NCBI RefSeq assembly: GCF_963921235.1
Contig: NC_086108.1
Coordinates: forward strand, 20,460,001-20,524,000
Length of the DNA: 64,000 bases
Reading direction: 5' to 3'
DNA from: Mobula hypostoma
Lineage: Eukaryota
Shown in pieces: positions 12,790-24,864 of this stretch. Every line of letters starts with the position of its first letter. Within the stretch, counting starts at the first letter, position 1. Under the pieces are notes generated by a model. It did not search any database, was not told the origin of the DNA, and saw only the letters and a program-made list of their open reading frames with translations. The position numbers were made by a program, and so were the translations under genes.

Positions 12790-13770
12790 ATTTATTTTGA
12801 CAGGAAAATTGTATTAAAAAATTATCTAAATGGAGAAAAATTCCAGAGCTCTGAGATGTAAAGTTATTTTGGTGTCCTAAGGAAGAATTACCCAACAGTT
12901 ATTATGCAAGTACAGCTAGCAATTTGGAAAGCTAACACAATGCGAATTTATTACCAGGACTACCAAAGAGAAAAATGTGGAGATTCTTCTTCAACTAAAC
13001 ATGGTGTGTAATACTGAGACAATTTATAGAATACTGTGTATTGGTCTCTTTATTTAGGGAATGTTAAGGAAAGATATTGATGTATTGGAAGCAGAGAAGC
13101 CTTTGTTCAGACCAGTGCCTAGAATGAGCTGATTCTCTTCTGGACTGCAGAAGGAAGGGCAACGTGATTGAAACTTACAAGATCCTGACTGGTCTTGACA
13201 AGATAATTGTAGAGGGAATGCTTTCCCCGGTGGAAAAAAAAATCTAGAGCTGGGCATCACAGTTTAAAAATATCAACCTACACATTTATTTTCTCTTTTT
13301 TCCCAAACAGCTTCGACTTTGGTAGTGGGTGTAGATCTTTTTTTTAAATAAAATTGTTTATATTCTAATATATGAATTATTCTAATCTTTATGAATATAG
13401 AGTAAGGAGTTTGTTAATGTGATTCAATATACTGGTATTATTATATTTTTTCTTTTGTTTTAAATAATATGTATTCTCTTGGACTCTGTATTCTATATAG
13501 AAATCAATAAAAATATTGGAAAAGGAAAAAAAACTACACATTTAAAACAGTGTCAAGCTGTCTTTCGCTCTCAACGAAAAAATGAATCTTTTGAATTTTC
13601 TTTCCTCAAATACCAGAGGAATCATTATTTTTGAATATTTTCAACAAGTTAATAGCTTATGAACAAGGAGCAAAAGATTACAGTGAGTAATTGAGAATAC
13701 AGGTCAGACATAATATTATTAAAAGGTGGGGCACTCCTCTTTGAATGTTCTGCTCCCCTTCCTAATTCAG
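12790..13770 (+). mobile_element. Ancient CR1 3' region, interrupted by an L1-like tail
   Basis: Degenerate CR1 C-terminal sequence (gaatactgtgtattggtctct, ggaaagatattgatgtattggaagc, gggcatcacagtttaaaaat). Confidence 0.6.
13289..13533 (+). mobile_element. L1-like retroposon 3' UTR with A-rich tail
   Basis: aataaa plus A-rich end. An 11-bp TSD ctacacattta lies at 13278-13288 and 13534-13544. Confidence 0.75.
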
Positions 13771-14105
13771 CTATGTTGGTACATCTTTTTTGTACTTAAC
13801 CAAATTAGAATTGATGTCGAAAATAGCATTCCTGCAGAACAATAGATTTTGGCCAACATTCTACCCATCATAATGCCAAGGACATTCTGTCCCACTGGCT
13901 GAGGTGAGGGCACAGTGATAAATAGTCAGGGAGCAAAGGTACTATGCTTATTTTGTCATGGAAGTACAGTCCTGCTGTTGCAGAAAGCTAATTTTTATGG
14001 CATTTACACCCTGTATGTGTATGCCTAGGACAATAATCCTGAATTTGAATTTGAGTCATCATTAAAACTACCCAACACATGTCTGCTTAGTGTTACTCAG
14101 GCAAC

Positions 14106-14253
14106 TCACTCTTCCTTCAGTTAGTCCTGACGAAGGGTCTCGGCCTGAAACGTCAACTGCACCTCTTCCTACAGAGGCTGCTTGGCTTGCTGCGTTCACC
14201 AGCAACTTTTATGTGTGTTGCTGAATTTCCAGCATCTGCAGAATTCCTATTGT
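14106..14253 (+). mobile_element. Short Penelope-like terminal repeat insertion with hammerhead motif
   Basis: A 13-bp TSD ttactcaggcaac lies at 14093-14105 and 14254-14266. The sequence matches PLE termini at 36691-36826 and 37675-37771. Confidence 0.85.
14122..14159 (+). ncRNA. Minimal type I hammerhead ribozyme motif
   Basis: tagtc-CTGACGA-agggtctcggcct-GAAA-cGTC-aactg. The core is intact; helix I has one mismatch. Confidence 0.7.
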
Positions 14254-14354
14254 TTACTCAGGCAACATCAGGTTGAGAGCATTAATTTACAAAGGAAGCC
14301 ACAAGCAAAAGAAGCACCAAGAAATTTAATTCACTTTAATGGGTAATGAAAGTT

Positions 14355-16090
14355 TAACAGATTTGACATTGTGGCATCTGCCCATCCCCCACATGAGCCA
14401 TCTGTTGTCGGCCCCCAACCAACACATATTCCACTCTCCCCTCCTACCCCTCCTCACAGTCCCCCACCCTGCTCTCATGACTATACCCCTTCCCCACACA
14501 AAATCACCACTGTGGGCTTCACAGCTGAACAGGTGAGAAGACAGCTGAAACGTCTCAACCCAAGCAAGGCTGCAGGACCGGATGGTGTCAGTACCAGGGT
14601 GCTCAAAGCTTGTGCCCCTCAGCTATGTGGAGTGCTTCGCCATGTATTCAACCTGAGCCTGAGGCTCCGGAAGGTTCCTGTACTGTGGAAGACGTCCTAC
14701 CTCGTCCCTGTGCCGAAGACACTGCACCCCAGCGGCCTCAATGACTACAGACCGGTGGCATTGATGTCCCACATCATGAAGACCCTGGAGAGACTTGTTC
14801 TGGAGCTGCTCCGGCCTATGGTCAGGCCACACTTAGATCCCCTCCAGTTCACCTACCAGCCCCGACTAGGAGTTGAGGATGCCATCATCTACCTGCTGAA
14901 CCGTGTCTACGCCCACCTGGACAAGCCAGCGAACACTGTGAGGGTCATGTTTTTTGACTTCTCCAGTGCGTTCAACACCATCCGCCCTGCTCTGCTGGGG
15001 GAGAAGCTGACAGCGATGCAGGTGGATGCTTCCCTGGTGTCATGGATTCTTGATTACCTGACTGGCAGACCACAGTACGTGTGCTTGCAAAACTGTGTGT
15101 CCAAAAGAGTGATCAGCAGCACTGGGGCTCCACAGGGGACTGTCTTGTCTCCCTTTCTCTTCACCATTTACACCTCGGACTTCAACTACTGCACAGAGTC
15201 TTGTCACCTTCAGAAGTTTTCAGATGACTCTGCCATAGTTGGATGCATCAGCAAGGGAGATGAGGCTGAGTACAGGGCTACAGTAGGAAACTTTGTCACA
15301 TGGTGTGAGCAGAATTATCTGCAGCTTAATGTGGAAAAGACTAAGGAGCTGGTGGTAGACCTGAGGAGAGCTAAGGTACTGGTGACCCCTGTTTCCATCC
15401 AGGGGGTCAGTGTGAACATGTTGGAGGATTACAAATACCTGGGGATATGAATTGACAATAAACTGGACTGGTCAAAGAACACTGAGGCTGTTTACAAGAA
15501 TGGTCAGAACCGTCTCTATTTCCTGAGGAGACTGAGGTCCTTTAACATCTGCCAGACGATGCTGAGGGTGTCCTACAAGTCTGTGGTGGCCAGTGCTATC
15601 ATGTTTGCTGTTGTGTGCTGGGGCAGCAGGCTGAGGGTAGCAGACACCAACAGAATCAACAAACTCATTCGTAAGATCAGTGATGTTGTGGGGATGGAAC
15701 TGGACTCTCTGACGGTGGTGTCTGAAAAGAGGATGCTGTCTAAGTTGCATGCCGTCTTGAACAATGTCTCCCATCCACTACATAATGGACTGGGTGGGCA
15801 CAGGAGTACATTCAGCCAGAGACTCATTCCACCGAGATGCAGCACTGAGCATCATAGGAAGTCATTCCTGCCTGTGGCCATCAAACTTTACAACTCCTCC
15901 CTTGAAGGGTCAGACACCTGAGCCAATAGGCTGGTCCTGGACTTATTTCATAATTTACTGGCATAATTTACATATTACTATTTAACTATTTATGGTTTTA
16001 TTACTATTTATTATTTATGGCGCAACTGTGACGAAAACCAATTCCCCCCGGGATCAATAAAGTATGACTATGACTACTATGACTATGACT
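14355..16090 (+). mobile_element. Rex1/Babar-type LINE, 5'-truncated, well-preserved RT
   Basis: ORF 14371-15450 ([33 protein letters not shown]) continues past a TGA into 15559-15921. It ends with aataaa and a (tatgac)n tail. Confidence 0.92.
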
Positions 16091-16347
16091 AAGCTCAAGG
16101 CAACCAGTGGTCTATTATCGTGCTTAATCTCCAATACAATATAACTGATGGGCTTTAGTCAAGACAATGTCTCAAAAGGGAAAGCAATGAAGGAATGCAT
16201 CCAAAGTAAAGGTTCAAAAGGGAAGCAAAGGAAGACTTTAGAATGGAAAGGGGGAAGGAAAGTAGGAAAACATTAAAACAAAGGTATGAAGACAAAGAAC
16301 TTTTAACAAGTGGAAAACTGGTACCACTGAGTTCATGATACCTAGTA

Positions 16348-16659
16348 ATAATAATAGGCATCCATTAGTCTCGTGAGACCATGGATTTGTACCTTGGAAG
16401 ATTTCCAGGGCGCAGGCCTGGGCAAGGTTGTATGGAAGACCGACAGTTGCCCATGCTGCAAGTCTCCCCTCTCCACAACACCAATGTTGTCCAAGGGAAG
16501 GGCACTAGGGCCGATGCAGCTTAGCACCAGTGTTGTCACAGAGCAATGTGTGGTTAAATGCCTTGCTTAAGGACACAACACGCTGCCTCAGCTGAGGCTC
16601 AAACTAGCGATCTTCAGATCAGTAGACTGAAGCCATAACCACTTGGCCACGCGCCCACG
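16348..16659 (-). mobile_element. Full-length tRNA-derived SINE with (TTA)n tail
   Basis: Minus-strand head GGGCGCGTGGCCAAGTGGTTA (A box) and AGTTTGAGCC (degenerate B box). An 11-bp TSD gatacctagta lies at 16337-16347 and 16660-16670. Confidence 0.9.
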
Positions 16660-17344
16660 GATACCTAGTAGGCTGCCAAATACACTGAATGACTGTATTA
16701 GATGTAATTATTAATTCAGAGCATTTGGTCTTAAAATTTATGTAAATTATACACAGCATACTGCATAATTAAAGCTATCAAAATAAGTTTGTTTACATAT
16801 TAATTCTAGAGATTTTTAATTAAGCTTGCGCTGAAGAGCTTTATAACTGAGAATATTGAAAGTGAGTAAATTTGTTTTTGATTAAATTTTAAATATGTTT
16901 GTAAATCATGTATAAATGTAAATAGTTAATTACCTAATCCATATATAAATAATGGTATAATACAATGTACATTAATAGTTGATAATATACACTTATTTAT
17001 TAGGTTTTGAAGAGCAGTGTAATGAGTAAGTGTGAACGTATCTTTAAGATTGGGTGTCATACGGTGCAGCTGTTTGCCGCAATGCTGTATCAGATCCTAC
17101 TGATTAGTTTTGAAAATGGCCACCTCTAATGAAGAATGTTCTGTTAGCTAAGTAATAGCAACTGCAGTTTAGATGCAAAATTTTGAAATGTACAAACCAC
17201 ATGCTGTAATAATATTAGTTACACCCATAATAAGGCCTGCAGAATCGTGAACTGATCTCTTCAGTGGAAGTGACCAACTTAAGTCCAGTTGATACATAAA
17301 GAGTTTTGACAGGTTCTGAGATTTATTTTCTTCATATTTTTTAG

Positions 17345-17724
17345 ACTTTAAGGAAACATCAAGCTCCACTTTTAAGCAGCACAATGAACATTCACTGATG
17401 TCACACTTTCTATCACCCACCAGCAGCATGGATTTCCCAATGGGAATTCTCTTGTTAGGAATCTTGATGGAAGAGCAGCCAAAAAAAAACAGACCAAAGG
17501 TGGATAAATTAGTTCTAGAAATGGATGTGGCAAAAACACTAAAAGCTCCCAAGTATGATTATGATAGTGACAAAGATCCTGATTTTCTAACCTTACAGTA
17601 TTCTGCAAGAACTAAATTATTAAATGCTTTAGGAAAACAACATTACGAAAGATATCCTAGAAAGATGAACAAAAAGTTTCCTTGTGATTTTTTCAAAAGC
17701 GAATACAGCTCTCACTCTTCATGA
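17345..17724 (+). CDS. Candidate terminal coding exon of an unidentified host gene (~125 codons)
   Basis: Polypyrimidine tract ttttcttcatattttttAG ends at 17344. The frame (D)FKETSSSTFKQHNEHSLMSHFLSP...LQYSARTKLLNALGKQHYERYP...SSHSS* is open to TGA 17722-17724, in non-repetitive AT-rich DNA. Confidence 0.45.
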
Positions 17725-18092
17725 CACTGACACTTTTCCTACGTGCATTAAGAAACATAGAAAACCTACAGCACAGTACAGGCCCTTTGGCCTACAAATC
17801 TGTGCCGAACATGCCCTTACCTTAGAAATTACCTAGGGTTACCCATAGCCCTCTATTTTTCTGAGCTCCATGTACCTGTCCAGGAGTCTCTTAAAAGACC
17901 CTATCGTATCCACCTCCATCACCGTCACCGACAGCCCATTCCATGCACTCACCACTCTCTGCATGATAAACTTACCCCTGACATCTCCTCTGTACCTACT
18001 TCCAAGCACCTTAAAACTGTGCCCTCTCCTGCTAGCCATTGCAGCCCTGGGAAAAAGCCTCTGACTATCCACACGATCAATGCCTCTCATCA

Positions 18093-20914
18093 TGTTGTGG
18101 GAATGATGTTGTGGGAATAACAGAGACATGGCTTCAAGTGGACAGGGCCTGGGAAATGAATATTCAAGGGTATACGTCCTATCAAAAGGACAGACTGATG
18201 GGCAGAGGGGGTGGGGTGGCTCTGTTGGTGAGGAATGATATCAGTCCCTTGCAAGGGGGGACATAGAATCAGGAGATGTAGAGTCAGTATGGATAGAACT
18301 GAGAAATTCTAAGGGTAGAAAGACCCTAATGGGAGTTATCTACAGGCCCCCAAACAGTGGTCTGGATGTAGGGTGTAAGTTGAACCAAGAGTTAAAATTG
18401 GCATGTCACAAAGGTAATGCTACAGTTGTTATGGGGGACTTCAACATGCAGGTAGACTGGAGGAATCAGGTTGGTACTGGACCCCAAGAAAAGGAGTTTG
18501 TGGAGTCCCTCTGAGAAGAATTCTTAGAACAGCTTGTACTGGAGCCTACCAGAGAGAATGCAATTCTAGATTTAGTGTTGTGCAATGAACGGGATTTGAG
18601 CAGGGATCTCGAGGTAAAGGAGCCATTAGGAGGTAGTGACCATAACATGATAAATTTTAATCTACAATTTGAGAGGGAGAAGGGAAACTCAGAAGTGTCA
18701 GTATTACAGTTGAACAAAGGGAACTATGGTGCTATGAGGGAGGAGCTGGCCAAAGTTCAATGGAACAATACCCTAGCAGGGATGACAGTGGAACAGCAAT
18801 GGCAAATGTTTCTGGGAATAATGCGGAAGATGCAGGATCAGTTCATTCCAAAGAGGAAAAGAGATCCTAAGGAGAGTAAGGGGAGGCCGTGGCTGACAAG
18901 GGAAGTAATGGACAGTATAAAAATAAAAGAGAAGAAGTATAACATAGCAAAGACGAGTGGGAAGCCAGAGGATTGGGAAACTTTTAAAGAGCAACAGAAG
19001 GTAACTAAAAAGGCAATACGCGGAGAAAAAATGAGGTATGAAGGTAAACTAGCCAAGAATATAAAGGAGGATTGTACAAGCTTCTTTAGGTATGTGAAAA
19101 GGAAAAAAATAGTTAAGACCAAAATTGGGCCCTTGAAGACAGAAGCAAGTGAATTTATTATGGGGAACAAGGAAATGGCAGATGAGTTGAACAGGTACTT
19201 TGGATCTGTCTTCACTAGGGAAGACACAAACAATCTCCCAGATGTAATAGTGGCCAAAGGACCTAGGGTAATGGATGAATTGAAGGAAATTTATATTAGG
19301 CAGGAAATGGTGTTGGATAGGCTGTTGGGTCTGAAGGCTTGTAAGTCCCCGGGACCTGATGGTCTGCATCCCAGGGTACTTAAGGAGGTGGCTTTAGAAA
19401 TCATGGATGCATTGGTAATCATTTTCCAATGTTCTATAGATTCAGGATCAGTTCCTGTGGATTGGAGGGTGGCTAATATTGTCCCTCTCTTCAAGAAGGG
19501 AGCAAGAGAGAAAACAGGGAATTATAGACTGGTTAGCCTGATGTCAGTGGTGGGAAAGGTGCTGGAGTCAATTATAAAAGATGAAATTACGACATATCTG
19601 GATAGTAGTAACAGGATTGGTCCGAGTCAGCATGGATTTACGAAGGGGAAATTGTGCTTGATTAATCTTCTGGAATTTTTTGAGGATGTAACTATGAAAT
19701 TGGACAAGGGAGAGCCAGTGGATGTGGTGTACCTGGACTTTCAGAAAGCCTTTGATAAAGTCCCACATAGGAGATTAGTGGGCAAAATTAGGGCACATGG
19801 TATTGGGGGCAGAGTACTGACATGGATTAAAAATTGGATGGCTGACAGAAAACAAAGGGTAGCGATTAACGGGTCCCTTTCGGAATGGCAGGCGGTGACC
19901 AGTGGGGTACCACAGGGTTCACTGCTGGGACCACAGCTGTTTACAATATATATTAATGATTTAGATGAGGGAATTAAAAGTAACATTAGCAAATTTGCCG
20001 ATGACACAAAGCTGGGTGGCAGTGTGAAATGTGAAGAGGATGTTATGAAAATGCAGGGTGACTTGGACAGGCTGGGTGATTGGGCAGATGCATGGCAGAT
20101 GCAGTTTAATGTGGATAAATGTGAGGTTATCTACTTTGGTGGTAAGAATGGGAAGGCAGATTATTATCTAAATGGAGTCAAGTTATGAAAAGGGGAAGCA
20201 CAACGAGATCTAGGTGTTCTTGTACATCAGTCACTGAAAACAAACATGCAAGTACAGCAGGCAGTGAAGAAAACTAATGGCATGCTGGCCTTCATAACAA
20301 GGAGAATTGAGTATAAGAGCAAAGAGGTCCTTCTGCAGCTGTACAGGGCCCTGGTGAGACCACACCTGGAGTGCCGTTTTGGTCTCCAAATTTGAGGAAG
20401 GACATTCTTGATATTGAGGGAGTGCAGTGTAGGTTCACAAGATTAATTCCTGGGATGGCGGGACTGTCATACGTCGAAAGATTGGAGCGACTGGACTTGT
20501 ATACTCTGGAATTTAGAAGGCTGAGAGGGGATCTTATTGAAACATATAAGATTATTAAGGGATTGGACACGCTGCAGGCAGGAAGCATGTTCCCGCTGAT
20601 GGGTGAGTCCAGAACCAGAGGCCACAGTTTAAGAATAAGGAGTAGGCCATTTAGAACGGAGTTGAGGAAAAACTTTTTCACCCACAGAGTGGTGGATATA
20701 TGGAATGCTCTGCCTCAGAAGGCTGTGGAGGCCAAGTCTCTGGATGCTTTCAAAAAAGAGATAGATACAGCTCTTAAAGATAGCGGAATCAAAGGTTATG
20801 GGGATAGGGCAGGAACTGGATACTGATAGTGGATGATCAGCCATGATCACAGTGAATGGCGATGCTGGCTCGTAGGGCTGAATGGCCTACTCCTGCACCT
20901 ATTGTCTATTGTCT
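18093..20914 (+). mobile_element. CR1 LINE (family A-like), 5'-truncated within EN, inserted antisense in the family B copy
   Basis: EN motifs (ITETW, YRPP, GDFNM, SDH), RT ORF 18575-20188 (FADD), C-terminal ORF 20371-20826 and a (ctattgt)n tail. The host CR1 resumes at 20915. Confidence 0.95.
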
Positions 20915-21807
20915 ATCATCTTACCTCTATCAGGTTACCTCTCATCCTCCGTCGCTCCAAGGAGAAAAAGCCAAGTTCACTGAACCTATTCTCATAAGGC
21001 ATGCTCCCCAATCCAGGCAACATCCTTGTAAATCTCCTCTGCACCCTTTCTATGGTTTCCACTACCTTCCTGTAGTGAGGCGACTGGAACTGAGCACAGT
21101 ACTCCAAGTGGGGTCTGACTAGGGTCTTATATAGCTGTAACATTACCTCTCGGCACCTGAATTCAATCCCACCTGTGCAGCAGCTTTGAATATCCTATGG
21201 ACTTGTACCCCAAGATCCCTCTGATCCTCCACACTGCCAAGAGTCTTAACATTAATACGATATTCTGCCATCATATTTGAGCTACCAAAATGAAACATCT
21301 CACACTTATCTGGGTTGAACTCCATCTGCCACTTCTCAACCCAGTTTTGCATCCTATCAATGTCCTGCTGTAACCTCTGACAGCCCTCTACACTATCCAC
21401 AACACCTCCAACCTTTGTGTCATCAGCAAATTTGCTAACCCATCCCTCCACTTCCTCATCCAGGTCATTTGTAAAAATCACAAAGAGTAGGGGTCCCAGA
21501 ACAGATCCCTGAGGCACCCCACTGGTGACCAAACTCCTTGCAGAATATGACCCATCTACAACCACTCTTTGCCTTCTGTGGGCAAGCCAATTCTAGATCC
21601 ACAAAACAAAGTCCCCTTGGATCCCATGCTTCCTTACTTTCTCAATAAGCCTTGCATGGGATACCTTGTCAAATGCCTTGCTGAAATCTATATACACTAC
21701 ATCTATGGCTCTACCTTCATCATTGTGTTTAGTCACATCCTCAAAAAATTATATCAGGCTCATAAGGCATGACCTGCCCTTGACAAAACCATGCTGACTA
21801 TTTCTAT

Positions 21808-22067
21808 GCCTCTGGTGGCGTAGTGGCATTAGCATCGGACTTCGGGACAAAAGGTCCCAAACTCGAATCCAGCCGGCTCCCCTGCAGGCTTTCCATCCGT
21901 GCTGGGTTACAAGCTGGTGATCTCTCTGGAAACTCACCCGGTAGAAGGCAATGGCAAACCACTGCTGTCACTTGCCTCATACACGGTTCCCCACTATGTC
22001 AGAGAGCAGTGGAGGGAAATCGTCTGCTAACCGGAGAAACTCCGGGTGCGACGTACCTTTCCTTTTT
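21808..22067 (+). mobile_element. tRNA-derived SINE with (ACCTTT)-like tail, nested in CR1
   Basis: A box tggcgtagtgg, B-box-like actcgaatcc, internal gaaggcaatggcaaaccact and tail tacctttccttttt. The host CR1 is continuous on both sides. Confidence 0.85.
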
Positions 22068-23804
22068 AAATGTTCATAAGTCCTGCCTCTCAGGTTCTTT
22101 TCCACCAACTTACCAACCACTGAAGTAAGACTCATTGGTCTGTAATTTCCTGGGCTACCTCTACTTCCTTTCTTGAATAAGGGAACAACATCTGTAACAC
22201 TCCAATCCTCTGGAACCTCTCCCATCCCCATTGATGATGCAAAGATCATCACCAGAGGCTCAGCAATTTCCTCCCTCGCCTCCCACAGTAGCCTGGGGTA
22301 CATTTCATCCGGTCCTGGTGACTTATCGAACTTGATGCTTTCCAAAAGCTCCAGCACATCCTCTTTCTTAATATCCATATGTTCAAGCTTTTCAGTCCAC
22401 TGTAAATCATCCCTACAGTTGCCAAGATACTTTTCCGTAGTGAATACTGAAGCAAAGTACTCATTAAGTACCTCTGCCATCTGCTCCAGTTCCATACACA
22501 CTTTTACATTGTCACACTTGATTGGTCCTGTTCTCTCACATCTTATCCTCTTGGACTTGACATACTTGTAGAATGCCTTGGGGGTTTTCCTTAATCCTGT
22601 CCACCAAGGTCTTCTCATGGGTCTTTCTGGCTCTCCTAATTTCATTCTTAAGCTCCTTCCTGCTAGCCCTATAATGTTCTAGATCTCTATCATTACCTAG
22701 TTTTTTGAACCTTTCATAAGCTTTTCTTTTCTTCTTGGCTAGATTTACAACAGCCTTTATACACTACAGTTCCTGTACCCTATCATCCTTTCCCTGTCTC
22801 ATTGGAACATTCCTATGCAGAACTCCACACAAGTATCTCCTGAACATTTGCCATATTTCTACCGTACAATTCCCTGAGAACATCTGTTCCCAATTTATGC
22901 TTCCAAGTTCCTGTCTGATAGCCTCATATTTCCCCTTACTCCAATTAAGCGCTTTCCTAACTTGTTTGTTCCTATCCCTCTAAAGGAGATAGAGTTGTGA
23001 TCACTATCTCCAAAATGCTCTCCCACTGAGAGATCTGACACCTGACCAGGTTCATTTCCCAATACTAGATCAAGTACAGCCTCTTCTCTTGTAGGCTTAT
23101 CTACATATTGTGTCAAGAAACCTTCCTGAATGCACCTAATAAACTCCACCCCATCTGAACCCTTCACTCTTGGGAGATGCCAATCAATATTTGGGAAATT
23201 AAAATCTCCCACCACGACAACCCTGTTATTATTGGACCTTTCCAGAATCTGTCTCCCTGTCTGCTCCTTGATGTCCTTGTTACTATTGGGAGGTCTATAA
23301 AAAATACCTAGTAGAGATATTGACCTCTTTCTGTTTCTAATTTCCACCCACAGAGACTCCATAGACAACCCCACCAATGACTTCCTCCTTTTCTGCAGCC
23401 GTGACACTACCTCTGACCAACAGTGTCATGCCCCACCTCTTTTGCCTCCTTTCCCTATCCTTTCTGAAACATATAAAGCCTGGCACTTGAAGTAACCATT
23501 CCTGCCCGTGAGCCATCCAAGTCTCTGTCATGGCCACAACATCATAGCTCTAAGTGCTGACCCACAAGTTAAGTTCATCCGCTTTGTTCATAATACTCCT
23601 TGCACTAAAATAGACATATCTCAAACCATTGGTCTGAGCGCATCCCTTCTCTGTCACCTGCTTATCCTCCCTTTCACAAGCTTTCTCTATTTGTGAGCCA
23701 ACCGCCCCTTCCTCCGTCTCTTCAGTTCAGTTTCCACACCCCCCCCCCAGCAATTCTAGTTTAAACTCTTGCCAATAGCCTTAGCAAACCTCCCCGCCAG
23801 GATA

Positions 23805-23891
23805 CTTTATACTCTATACTTTATTGTCGCCAAACAATTGATACTAGAACGTACAATCATCACAGCAATATTTGATTCTGTGCTTCCCCCT
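23805..23891 (-). mobile_element. ~85-bp 3' tail of the Rex-type LINE family seen at 32668-33320
   Basis: Near-identical to about 32670-32750. A GGATA repeat flanks it at 23800-23804 and 23892-23896. Confidence 0.85.
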
Positions 23892-24027
23892 GGATATTGG
23901 TCCCCCTGGGATTCAAGTGCTACCCGTCCTTTTTGTACAGGTCGCACCTGGCCCAAGAGAGGTCCCAATGATCCAGAAGTCTGAATCCCTGCCTCTTGCT
24001 CCAATCCCTCAGCCACGCATTTATCCT

Positions 24028-24864
24028 CTACCTCATTCTATTCCGAAACTCACTGTCACGTGGCACAGGAAGTAATCCCAAGATGACTGCCTCTGTGGTC
24101 CTGCTTCTCAACTTCTTTCCTAACTCCCTATAACCTGTTTTCAGGACCTCCTCCCTTTTCCTACCTATGTCGTTGGTACAATATGTACCACAACCTCTGG
24201 CTGTTCTCCTTCCCACTTCAGGATATTGTGACGTGATCAGAAACATCTTGTACCCTGGCACCTGGGAGCTGAACTACCATCCGTATTTCTTTCCTTCGTC
24301 CACAGAATCGCCTGTCTGACCCCCTAACTATAGAGTCCCCTATCACTGCTGCCATCCTCTTCCTTTCCCTACCCTTCTGAGCCGCAGGGCCAGACTCTGT
24401 GCCAGAGGCGCAGCCACTGTTGCTTCCCCCAGGTAGGTCCCCCCCGCCCCGCACAACAGTACTTAAACAGGAGTACTTATTGTAAAGGGAGACAGCCACA
24501 GCGGTACTCTCTAGTATCTGACTCTTCCCTTCTCTCTCCTGACTGTTTCCCACTTATCTGAATCCCGAGGTCCCGGTGTGACTATTTGCCTATAGCTCCT
24601 CTCTATCACCTCCTCGCTCTCCATGACCAGACAAAGGTCATCGAGCTGCATCTCCAGTTTCCTTATGCGGTCCCTTAGGAGCTGCAGCTCGATGCACCTG
24701 GAGCAGATGTGGCCGTCTGGGAGGCTGGGAATCTCCAGGACTTCCCACATCTGACACTGAGCGCAGAAAACTGGCCTCACACACATACTTCCTGTCTGTA
24801 TTCTACGCAGGCAACCTACCTCGCCTTGACCCATTATCACCGAAGACCCGTTGAGCCAAAGCAT
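24028..24864 (-). pseudogene. CR1 ORF1 remnant: Cys-rich zinc finger, coiled coil and SGNH esterase-like domain
   Basis: CAQCQMW...HICSRC, LRDRIRKLEMQL, VIGDSIVRG, LPGARVQD and TNDIG motifs across frameshifted ORFs. Confidence 0.85.

Larger units (their letters stand above)
17751..24860 (-). mobile_element. Near full-length CR1 LINE (family B) with ORF1 and ORF2, disrupted, hosting three nested insertions
   Basis: The 3' tail (reverse of agaaacatagaaaacctacagcac) starts at 17751. RT pieces: 20916-21565 (FADD) and 21977-22645. EN: 22895-23537 (TETW, YRPP, GDFNFP, SDH). ORF1: 24028-24864. Confidence 0.93.

Noticed and set aside
16560..16659. tRNA-like sequences (also 21808-21880 and near 59400)
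   Set aside because: These are SINE heads with degenerate B boxes, attached to SINE bodies and tails; they are not tRNA genes.
17169..17608. Minus-strand ORFs overlapping the candidate exon
   Set aside because: No convincing minus-strand splice signals; the + frame has the acceptor and a more protein-like composition.
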